Translations under genes and position numbers: made by a program | The notes under the pieces: generated by a model | Told to the model about the DNA's origin: nothing | Databases searched by the model: none | The model's input: only the letters and a program-made list of their open reading frames with translations | In this document: piece by piece, positions 17,820 to 26,287 of the stretch | How positions within the stretch are numbered: the stretch's first letter is position 1 | Layout of the letters: each line of letters starts with the position of its first letter | Assembly: GCA_963838955.1 (NCBI GenBank) | Contig: CAWISZ010000001.1 | Location: 24,027-88,026, forward strand | Source: an uncultured Thermoplasmata archaeon | GTDB taxonomy: Archaea > Thermoplasmatota > Thermoplasmata > Lutacidiplasmatales > UBA184 | DNA length: 64,000 nt | Reading direction: 5' to 3'

Positions 17820-20800
17820 GTGAGTCGGGTCCGACCCTCGCCCCTGCACGCCCGGTCGGGTGCCGCGAACGCGAGAAGGCTTGCGGTCGTCGCGCTCACC
17901 GTCCTTCTCCTGGGCGGCTCCATCCTCATCGCACCGGTATCCCACGCGCCGGTGAGAGTCGCCCCGGTACCGCGCGACTCGGCGCCGTCCATGCCGATCT
18001 CGAGCGCCGCGCCCGCGTGCGGCTCGTCTCCGTCCGCGCCGAACGACCTGGTCGTGGGTCCCGGTACCGGGCCCTGCGTGATCGAGGCACCCGGACGGGG
18101 GACCCTCATCACCCAATCCGGAAACGTCACGGTCCTTCCCGGAGGGACCCTGATCGTTCGAAACGTCACCTTCTCGATCCAACAGTTCGTTTCGAACACG
18201 GGGACCCCGATGCAGCGGCTGAGCCACATCTACGCGTTCCGGGACGAGGGGAGCGTGCAGTTTTGGAATGCAACCCTGACGACGGCCGCCGGCGGCTCCG
18301 ATCCATACATCAAGCTCAATCTGAACGTCACCGGCCAGATGACCGTCTGGAACTCGAGCTTCGAGTTCCCGGGCTGGATCGATGTGTACGGGCCGGGCGC
18401 GACCCTGACCTTGAATGAGTCGACGATCGAGGCGAACCCCGCGGCAAACACCACCTCGTACGAGTCCCTCGGACCAACTATTGTAGGAGATACCTCGTAT
18501 GCGGCATCAATCTCGGCCGCGGCAGGGGCTCAGCTCGTTTTGTTGAACAGCTCCTGCGTCGACACGTACGCCGACAACACTCAGTCGAATGGATTGCCCG
18601 GACCTGTGCCCCTCTCCGATACGACCGTTTTCCAACTCACTCCCGCTCTCGGGAGGACTCTGCACACATTCGAAACCCCGACAGACTCCCTCAGCATGAT
18701 TCAGGACTGGCTCTACCCGGACGGGATCTATGGAGGCATAGTCTCGCTTGCCTACTCGACTCAGTCCAGCGGCGTAACGAGTCAAGTATCGGTGACGTAC
18801 AACGGTTCTAACTACCCGCTAGGGACTGTCAACTTCGGCGCTGGCTCCACTCTACCAGCTCAGATTCCGTTCTCTTCCGCGTTGGTCGCGGCAATCAACT
18901 CCGAGGGAATGCTGGCCTACCTGAACCTTACCGGCTCCTTCCCAGGGACTGGGCCCTCAGAAATCTCCGTAACCCTTACCCCCACAAGTATCGGAACGGT
19001 GAACATCTCCCTCGCCCAGATTACGCTCGGACCGCTTCTCCAGTTCAACCTTGTAGATTCAGGCCCGGGCACGACATTGACCCTCGCCGGTTCACTCTTG
19101 GACCTCAACTGGAACCAAGCCCCGACGAGCCCGGTTTCACAGTCGCCGCCCTTCCCCTGGGATTCGAACAAACTTCTCCTCGAGGATGGGGCACACGCTT
19201 ACCTGGCAGGCCTGATTATACCTACGCCCAACCCCGGACCGACTGCCACTTCTGCGGTACTTCCCGATTTGTCTAGCAATGCCTACGTGTTTCGTTGGGC
19301 GGCGTTTTCGGTCGCGGGGCGAGGCGGAATCCCGGTCCCCGATGCTCGTGCACTCGCGTACTACGCAACTGGCGGCGGTACCACCAACGTCACGGTCAAC
19401 GCCCTCAACGACCTCAGCAGCAGCGACCCCATCCTGTGGGGATACGTGCAATCGTGGGATGCTGCGCGTGGAATCTCGTCGTACGGGGTAACGTCTGCGA
19501 CCGGCCCGAATCCGGGTGTCGGATACTTACTTCTCGTATCGGACAACATCACCGAGGCGGCGCTGCCATCCAGCGTCTTTCTCGGTTCGTACAATGCAAA
19601 GATCGTCCCACCGATCCCGGGTGTGGCGACCGCCTCCTTCGCATTTTCCCTTACGCAATACCCAGGCGGCCTCACGAACGATTCGCCCGAGTTGGCACCC
19701 GCGACCCATTTCCCCCAGTACGCGGCCGGACTCTTGATCGGAAGCTTATCCTTCACGATCGACGGCGTCCCCTCAACCGCGTCGGTCCACATCGGTCAGA
19801 CCCTCGGCGTACAGATCCCCCTCCAGAACACGGGGACGGCCCCAGTTGCGAACCTCTCCGCGACCTTGACCTACCAACCGCCCTCAGGGGGAAGTACCGT
19901 AGTTTCCGTCCTCCCGCTCACTAACGAAAGCATCCCCTCGAACGCAACGTCTGCGATCGATCTCTCGTGGAAAGTCTCGGAATCTGTGATCGGCGACATC
20001 GGCGCGATCTCTGCAACCCTTGCCATCGGGGTCGTCTGGAATGGCGGGCCATCGATCGGGGACGGGGGCTCGGTCGCGGTATCGGTGCCCGTCCGGATCC
20101 TCCCCTCGTACGTTCGGATCGCATCGCTCCCGGCGTACCCGCACCTACTGCAACCCGAGACGACATACTCGAGCAGTGGCACGATCACCTTCAACGGGAC
20201 CGGGGCGGCCGCCGTGTCTCTGGCCGCTTACCCGCTCGGCGGCGGCGCAGCCGTTCGGTTGGCGACTGCCTCCTCCGCGCTCGGCAACTTCACCCTCGCG
20301 TTCAACTCCTCCGCCTTGCAGGCAGGGATTCTGTACTCCTTCGGGCTGAACGCTTCGTACAACACCGCGTTCGCCCCTTCGACCGTGTTGCCCGGAAACT
20401 ACTCCCTCGTCGCGGCGCCGGTTCCCGAGTTGGCCATCACTTCGATCACGACCACCGCGAACGGCATCGGTCCCGTCTCCTCGGTTCGCATCGGACAGAT
20501 CCTCGGGGTCACCGTCGTGCTCTTTAACGATGGAACGGGAGCCACGACGAACCTGTCGGGGATCCTCCTCTTCGTCGCGCCCGGATCAGGACCCGGGACG
20601 CTGATCGCGACACTGCCGCTGATCAACGCTTCGATCTCTGCGGGACAGGGCTACGGAGTCAACTTTACCTGGACGGTGACAGAACGCGTCATCGGCGACG
20701 TGGGGCCGGTATCCGCGTCTCTCCTCGCGACCTTTGCCTGGAACGGCGGTTTGGTTCCGTTCGGAGGAGGCGTGGTCAATGCCAGCGTACCCATCCACGT

Positions 20801-21635
20801 TCAGCCCTCCGATGTTCGGATCGTCACCTTCCAGCCGTACCCGTCCACGCTCCAGGTCCATTCGAACTACACGAGCCCCGGCACCATTTCGTTCAACGGC
20901 TCGGGAGAAGCCTTCATCGAGCTGATCGCGGCCCCCGTCGGCGGTGCTGCATTTGTCCTGGCCGAGACGAACGCCTCGGTCGGAATGTTCAACCTCACCC
21001 TTTCCTCCTCCCGATTGCTTCCTGGAATCGTCTACAATCTTTCGATCGAGGCCAGCTACAACACGGCGCTCGCACCGGTGTACGGAGCCGCGGGTATCGT
21101 TTCCCTGGCCTCCGGCGGTTCGTCCGCTTCCTCGAACGACCTCTGGCTCGGGATCGCCATCGGAGTCGCCGCCGCCGGGGCGGTGCTGGTCCTGCTCCTG
21201 CTGCTGCGCCGGGGCCGGAAGTCGGAAATGCAAGAGTGCGGCGAATGCGGATCGCTGGTCGCGGCGAACGAAGAGACCTGCCCGCGGTGCGGCACCTGGT
21301 TCGAGACCGAGCCGATCCCGTGCCCCAGTTGCGGAGCCGCCATCCCGGCCGACGTAGGGATCTGTCCCGCGTGCGCGACCGAAGCTCCGGACCGCCCCAC
21401 TGTGGTCCACGCGAGCGAAGCGGACCGGCAGGCCTACGAGGAGTTCGTCAGTCATTACCGCGCCGCCGCCGCAGGGGAGCTCGGGGAGGATTATCCGGAA
21501 GCCGACTTCTGGGCATGGTGGAAGCAGCAGCCGTCGTACTACAGCTTCCGTGCGTGGAGAAAGCGGGAGGAGCGGGACTCCCATCCCGTCGAGCCGCCGG
21601 TCGACCCCGAGCCCTCGGACGAGGAGCTTTTCTGA
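17820..21635 (+). CDS. Large surface glycoprotein: signal peptide, Ig/CARDB-like domains, TM anchor, cytoplasmic double zinc ribbon
   Basis: Hydrophobic N-terminal segment, many NxS/T sequons, duplicated ~233-aa module, TM (LWLGIAIGVAAAG...LLRR), four CxxC pairs, Trp/Tyr-rich tail. Confidence 0.85.
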   Translation: MSRVRPSPLHARSGAANARRLAVVALTVLLLGGSILIAPVSHAPVRVAPVPRDSAPSMPISSAAPACGSSPSAPNDLVVGPGTGPCVIEAPGRGTLITQSGNVTVLPGGTLIVRNVTFSIQQFVSNTGTPMQRLSHIYAFRDEGSVQFWNATLTTAAGGSDPYIKLNLNVTGQMTVWNSSFEFPGWIDVYGPGATLTLNESTIEANPAANTTSYESLGPTIVGDTSYAASISAAAGAQLVLLNSSCVDTYADNTQSNGLPGPVPLSDTTVFQLTPALGRTLHTFETPTDSLSMIQDWLYPDGIYGGIVSLAYSTQSSGVTSQVSVTYNGSNYPLGTVNFGAGSTLPAQIPFSSALVAAINSEGMLAYLNLTGSFPGTGPSEISVTLTPTSIGTVNISLAQITLGPLLQFNLVDSGPGTTLTLAGSLLDLNWNQAPTSPVSQSPPFPWDSNKLLLEDGAHAYLAGLIIPTPNPGPTATSAVLPDLSSNAYVFRWAAFSVAGRGGIPVPDARALAYYATGGGTTNVTVNALNDLSSSDPILWGYVQSWDAARGISSYGVTSATGPNPGVGYLLLVSDNITEAALPSSVFLGSYNAKIVPPIPGVATASFAFSLTQYPGGLTNDSPELAPATHFPQYAAGLLIGSLSFTIDGVPSTASVHIGQTLGVQIPLQNTGTAPVANLSATLTYQPPSGGSTVVSVLPLTNESIPSNATSAIDLSWKVSESVIGDIGAISATLAIGVVWNGGPSIGDGGSVAVSVPVRILPSYVRIASLPAYPHLLQPETTYSSSGTITFNGTGAAAVSLAAYPLGGGAAVRLATASSALGNFTLAFNSSALQAGILYSFGLNASYNTAFAPSTVLPGNYSLVAAPVPELAITSITTTANGIGPVSSVRIGQILGVTVVLFNDGTGATTNLSGILLFVAPGSGPGTLIATLPLINASISAGQGYGVNFTWTVTERVIGDVGPVSASLLATFAWNGGLVPFGGGVVNASVPIHVQPSDVRIVTFQPYPSTLQVHSNYTSPGTISFNGSGEAFIELIAAPVGGAAFVLAETNASVGMFNLTLSSSRLLPGIVYNLSIEASYNTALAPVYGAAGIVSLASGGSSASSNDLWLGIAIGVAAAGAVLVLLLLLRRGRKSEMQECGECGSLVAANEETCPRCGTWFETEPIPCPSCGAAIPADVGICPACATEAPDRPTVVHASEADRQAYEEFVSHYRAAAAGELGEDYPEADFWAWWKQQPSYYSFRAWRKREERDSHPVEPPVDPEPSDEELF
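19782..21078 (+). repeat. Diverged internal duplication (two copies, ~699-bp period) within the surface protein
   Basis: SVHIGQTLGV..VIGDIG..WNGG..GTITFNGTG..ASYNTAFAP versus SVRIGQILGV..VIGDVG..WNGG..GTISFNGSG..ASYNTALAP; copies start at 19782 and 20481. Confidence 0.8.
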
Positions 21636-21674
21636 GGTTCGCCAGGCGACATCTTTAACGTGCGCCGGTCATGG

Positions 21675-22922
21675 ATGCTCGACTTTCGCATGCTGGGGGA
21701 TCTGGAGCGGGGACGCCAGAAGATCGAGTGGGCCCGGACCCATATGCCCGTCCTCGAAGGGATCCGCCGACGCCTCGACGTGGAGAAACCGTTCCAGGGG
21801 CTGACGATCTCCGCCGTACTCCACGTCGAGGCGAAGACCGCGGCTCTTGCGCTCGCCCTCCAGGCCGGGGGCGCCCAGGTCCACCTCGCCGCCGGAAACC
21901 CGCTTTCCACCGACGACGATCCCGTGGCCGTGTTGATCGAGGCGGGGATCGATACCCACGCGGTGAAGGGGGAATCGATCGCCGAGTACAACTCCGGGAT
22001 CGCAGCGATGCTCGAGGCGGACCCGGATATCATCGTCGACGATGGGGCCGATCTGGTCGCTCTCGTTCACACGAAGCGCAGGGACGCCGGGCGCATTCGG
22101 GGATCTACCGAGGAGACGACGACCGGGATCACGCGCCTGCGCGCGCTCGAAAAGTCCGGCAAGCTCCTCTTCCCGGCGATCGACGTGAACGACGCCGAAA
22201 TGAAGCATCTGTTCGACAATCGGTACGGAACGGGGCAATCCACGGTCGATGGGATCCTCAGTGCGACGAACCTGCTCATCGCCGGCCGGGTCGCGGTCGT
22301 CGCCGGATACGGCTGGTGCGGGAAAGGGATCGCCGCGCGGCTGCGCGGCATGGGAGCCGACGTTATCGTCACCGAGATCGACCCCGTGCGCGCGCTCGAA
22401 GCGCGGATGGACGGATTCCGCGTGAAGCGGATGTTGGATGCCGCGACGCACGCCAACCTGATCGTGACCGCGACCGGCAGCACCGGGATCGTGGGGACCG
22501 AGCACTTCCGGGTCATCAAGGACGGGTGCCTCCTCGCGAACTCCGGTCACTTCGACGTCGAGGTATCCCGGACCGATCTGGAGGGAGTCGCTATCTCCCA
22601 CCGGCCCGTGCGTCCCCACGTGGAGGAGTACGCGTTCGCGGACGGCCGAAAGGTCTACCTCCTCGGGGAGGGACGCCTCGTCAACCTCGCGGCCGGCCAG
22701 GGCCACCCGGTCGAGATCATGGACCTCTCCTTCGCCCTCCAGGCGCTGAGCGCCGAGCACATCGCGAAGCACGGCCGCTCGATGAGTCGGAAGGTGCACG
22801 CGGTGCCCGCGGAGCTGGACCGCGAGGTAGCGCGCGCCGCTCTCGCGCCGTTCGGCGTCGAGATCGATGAACGCACGGACCGGCAACGGGACTACGCCGC
22901 CAGTTGGGAACTAGGAACATGA
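21675..22922 (+). CDS. ahcY: Adenosylhomocysteinase
   Basis: LHVEAKTA, DDGADL, EETTTG, KHLFDNRYGTGQS, GYGWCGKG, GHPVEIMDLSF. Start uncertain (21660/21675/21690). Confidence 0.96.
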   Translation: MLDFRMLGDLERGRQKIEWARTHMPVLEGIRRRLDVEKPFQGLTISAVLHVEAKTAALALALQAGGAQVHLAAGNPLSTDDDPVAVLIEAGIDTHAVKGESIAEYNSGIAAMLEADPDIIVDDGADLVALVHTKRRDAGRIRGSTEETTTGITRLRALEKSGKLLFPAIDVNDAEMKHLFDNRYGTGQSTVDGILSATNLLIAGRVAVVAGYGWCGKGIAARLRGMGADVIVTEIDPVRALEARMDGFRVKRMLDAATHANLIVTATGSTGIVGTEHFRVIKDGCLLANSGHFDVEVSRTDLEGVAISHRPVRPHVEEYAFADGRKVYLLGEGRLVNLAAGQGHPVEIMDLSFALQALSAEHIAKHGRSMSRKVHAVPAELDREVARAALAPFGVEIDERTDRQRDYAASWELGT

Positions 22923-23317
22923 CACCGGAAGCGAAAACGCCCGAGGAGCTGCGCTACACCAAGACCCACGAGTGGGTCCGGATCGAAGGCGACCAAGCGA
23001 CGATCGGTATCACCGACCACGCCCAGGGTGAACTCACCGACATCGTATACGTGGACCTGCCCGCGGTCGGCAAACCGGTGAAGGCCGGAGCTTCCGCGCT
23101 CGTCCTCGAGTCGGTCAAGACGGTCGCCGACATCTACGCCCCCGGCGACGGGCGCGTCAGCGCCGTGAACACGACGTTGAAGACCGAACCCGGCCTGATC
23201 AACAAGGACCCGTACGGGCAGGGATGGATCGTCCGCATCCAGCTCGAGCACCCGATCCCGCCCGAACAGCTCCTCGACGCGGCCGCCTACCGCGCGCTCG
23301 CCGCGACGCACGCCTAG
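22919..23317 (+). CDS. gcvH: Glycine cleavage system H (lipoyl carrier) protein
   Basis: LRYTKTHEW, GITDHAQ..L.DIVYV, ESVK (lipoyl-Lys), INKDPYGQGW. ATGA overlap with ahcY. Confidence 0.93.
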   Translation: MTPEAKTPEELRYTKTHEWVRIEGDQATIGITDHAQGELTDIVYVDLPAVGKPVKAGASALVLESVKTVADIYAPGDGRVSAVNTTLKTEPGLINKDPYGQGWIVRIQLEHPIPPEQLLDAAAYRALAATHA

Positions 23318-23324
23318 CGGCGGA

Positions 23325-25232
23325 TCACTTTCCTTCGAACTTGGGCGGACGGCGTTCCAGGAACGCGCGCATCCCCTCGGTGCGGTCTCGGGTAGCGAAC
23401 GTGTGGCCGGCCGACTGCCCCTCGAGGTAGAGGGCCGCCGAGAGTGGAGCGTCCATGCCGTCGTCGATCACCCGCTTGATCCAACGCACTCCGAGCGGGG
23501 CGCGGCTCGCGATCGTTTCGGCGAGCTTCTGGGTCTCCTCTCGGGCCGTGCCGGCGGGGTAGACCTGGGCCACGAAGCCGAGGCGATAGGCCTCCTCCGC
23601 TCCGACCGAGAGGCCCCTGTAGACGAGCCACTTGGTCTTCGCCCGCCCGATGAGTCGGGTGAGTCGCGAGGCTCCTCCCATCCCCGGATGGATCCCGACC
23701 GTCACCTCGGGAAAGCCGAGCTGGGCACCTTGCGCCGCGACGATGAAGTCGGCGGCCAGCGCGAGCTCCAGGCCTCCTCCGAGCGCGTACCCCTCGACCA
23801 GCGCGATCACGGGCGCGGGGAACGTCTCGACGCGACGGGCCGCGCGCTGACCGATGTAGCCGAACTCGACGCCCTCGGCGAGGCTCTTGCGTTCCATCTC
23901 GGCGATGTCCGCACCCGCGGCGAACACCGGGGAGGAGCCGGCGAGCACGACCGCCCGGATCTCCGGATCGGACTCGAGGCCATGGAACGTGCGCTCGATC
24001 TGCTCCAGGAGATCGGAATTGAGGGAGTTGAGCACCTCCGGCCGGTCCAGGAGGACCCAGGCGACCGGACCTCGACGCTCGACCCGAACGTAGGCCATCG
24101 GCCAGCGACTCTCGCCCGCCGCGGCTCGCCGGCGCAGCTCGGCGGAGATCGGGAAGGCGTCACCCCACTTCTTCGCGTACTCATTGACCAGGCGCAGCCC
24201 CTCGGGGATGCCGATCGCCGAGAGCTGGGCGAAGGGTCCCCAGGCACGGCGAAGTCCGACCGTCGCCCCCCGGTCGGTTGCCTCGGGCGTCGCGACACCC
24301 TCCTCCACGAGACGGGTCGCGATCCCGATCGTCAGGCCGAGGAAGCGCTCGCGCACCGCGGCCTTGCGCGGCGGCTCCACCGCGGTCTCCTTCCATGCCC
24401 AGCGCTGGCCGGAGCGGAACTGCTCCTGGAGGCGGCGGGACGGCGCATAGGCCGCTCCGAAGGCGGCGTGCAACGACACCTGCGAATGGGCCGCGATCGG
24501 GATCCCGGTCACGTTCATCAGCTCGAACGGGCCGAGGGTCGCCCCGAACAGTTCTCGCCCGACCTCTTCGATGGTCGCGAGGCTCGCCACGCCCTCCTCC
24601 GCGAGGCGCGCGGCCTCGTTCAGGTACGGGACGAAGTAGCGGTTGACCGCGAAGCCGGCACGATCCGCGACGCGGATCGGCACCTTCCGGGTGAGGTAGG
24701 CGAACTGTTCGAGCGCGTCCAGGACCGCGGGATCGGTAGACTCGCCCCCGATCACCTCGAGAAGCTTGTTGATCGCGGCGGGGAAGAAGAAGTGCAGGCC
24801 CGCGAAGCGCTCCGGGTGCGGGAAGCCTTGCGCCAGTTCGGTCACGGAGAGCGACGAGGTGTTCGTTGCGACGATCGTCTGCGGCGCTACGAGCGGACCG
24901 AGCTCGTGGAGGAGCTTCGCCTTGACCTCCCGGTCCTCGAACACGGCCTCGATCACGAGAACGCTTGCGTCGACCGCGGCCCGAAGATCGGTCGTGAACG
25001 AGATGCGGCCCAGGATCTCCTCGCGCCGGGCCGGCGTCAGCTTCTTGCGCTCGATCGCGCCCGCGAGCATCTTCTCGATGAAGCCGCGGCCGCGTTCGAG
25101 CATCGGTGCGTCGACGTCCCGAACGCGGACCGTGAAGCCGGATTGGGCGCATGCCTGGGCGATCCCGCTGCCCATGTTGCCGGCGCCGATGACCGCGATC
25201 ACCGCCGGGGGTCGGACCGAGGGGATCTGCAT
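23325..25232 (-). CDS. Bifunctional 3-hydroxyacyl-CoA dehydrogenase / enoyl-CoA hydratase (archaeal HCD-ECH order)
   Basis: GAGNMGSGIA, EAVFED, TNTSSL, HFFFPA, then AGADI, ALGGGLE, FPEVTVGIHPGMG. Confidence 0.93.
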   Translation of the reverse strand: MQIPSVRPPAVIAVIGAGNMGSGIAQACAQSGFTVRVRDVDAPMLERGRGFIEKMLAGAIERKKLTPARREEILGRISFTTDLRAAVDASVLVIEAVFEDREVKAKLLHELGPLVAPQTIVATNTSSLSVTELAQGFPHPERFAGLHFFFPAAINKLLEVIGGESTDPAVLDALEQFAYLTRKVPIRVADRAGFAVNRYFVPYLNEAARLAEEGVASLATIEEVGRELFGATLGPFELMNVTGIPIAAHSQVSLHAAFGAAYAPSRRLQEQFRSGQRWAWKETAVEPPRKAAVRERFLGLTIGIATRLVEEGVATPEATDRGATVGLRRAWGPFAQLSAIGIPEGLRLVNEYAKKWGDAFPISAELRRRAAAGESRWPMAYVRVERRGPVAWVLLDRPEVLNSLNSDLLEQIERTFHGLESDPEIRAVVLAGSSPVFAAGADIAEMERKSLAEGVEFGYIGQRAARRVETFPAPVIALVEGYALGGGLELALAADFIVAAQGAQLGFPEVTVGIHPGMGGASRLTRLIGRAKTKWLVYRGLSVGAEEAYRLGFVAQVYPAGTAREETQKLAETIASRAPLGVRWIKRVIDDGMDAPLSAALYLEGQSAGHTFATRDRTEGMRAFLERRPPKFEGK

Positions 25233-25406
25233 GAACGAACGTGCCTCTGCTCCGCGTCAGGAATGGGGTGTATTTACAGTTCGGGCCGCCTCGCCTCGGA
25301 ACGGCCTCGGGGCCCGGCCGGGGCGCCGAGGGTCCTGCCTCGCGCGTCTCGGGCGTCCGGCCGCGGCTCCTCCACAAGTTAAGGCGGCCGGTGCTCCGGG
25401 GGAACG

Positions 25407-26287
25407 ATGGCCGCCGGGGAGGACGAGCGGGCGGCGGACTCCGCTCTCGAGACCGAAGCGCAACTGGTCCTGACGCTGGGGGGATACGCCCTCGAGCTCG
25501 CCGGGGCCCGGCTCGTCACGAACGAGCACGTCGCCGTCCCGCGGTTCAACTTCGTCCAAGAGCTCGGCATCGCCCGGGAGCGCCAGACGGCGTTCTTCGA
25601 GCGTGCGCTCGATCACTACTTCCAACGCGCCCTCCGCCCTACGTTCCGCGTACGGATCCCCGTTCCGGGGTACCTCGACGCCAACTTGCGACGGCTCGGA
25701 TTCCAAGCTCGACCCGAGCCGCTGACCCTCCTCCTGGGGGAACCCAGAGCGGAGCCGGCCTCGAGAGCGACGACGCGGGTGCGACTTGCTCTCGATGACG
25801 AGCTCGACCAGGTGGCCGCGTTCTGGACCTCGGAGCGGGAACGCCCCGAGCTCGCCGCGGCCCTATCGGTCGCGATCCATCACCCGAACCCGTACGAGCG
25901 TCTCGTTCCCGTGCTGGCCGAGCTCTCCGGCGCCCCCGTCGGCGTCGCCCTGGTCTATCGGTACCGGAACGTGGCCGGGATCTTCGGGGTCACGACCCTG
26001 CCTCAGGCGCGCGGGCGGGGTGTGGCGAGCGATCTCACACGGTGGGTGACGGCCGAGAACGTCACCGGCCCGGGTGCGTATACTTCCTATTGGCCGACTC
26101 CGCACGGCTCGAGAAACGTCTCGCGAGCCTCGGCTTCCAGCCCGCTCGGACCTTCCGCGTGTACGAACTCGCGTCGGACAGCGCGCTCGCGCTGCCGTCC
26201 CCCGGCCTCCCCGGACCTCCCCAGTGGAGGCCCCCGCGGGTGCCGCGGAAGTTCACGGGCTCGGGCGGCGCAGGCTCTCGAGCTTAA
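25407..26287 (+). CDS. GNAT-family acetyltransferase with an apparent frameshift at about 26084
   Basis: IFGVTTLPQARGRGVAS acetyl-CoA motif. One extra T at about 26084 continues the frame as FLLADS..LASLGF..RVYEL to TAA 26287. Confidence 0.7.
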
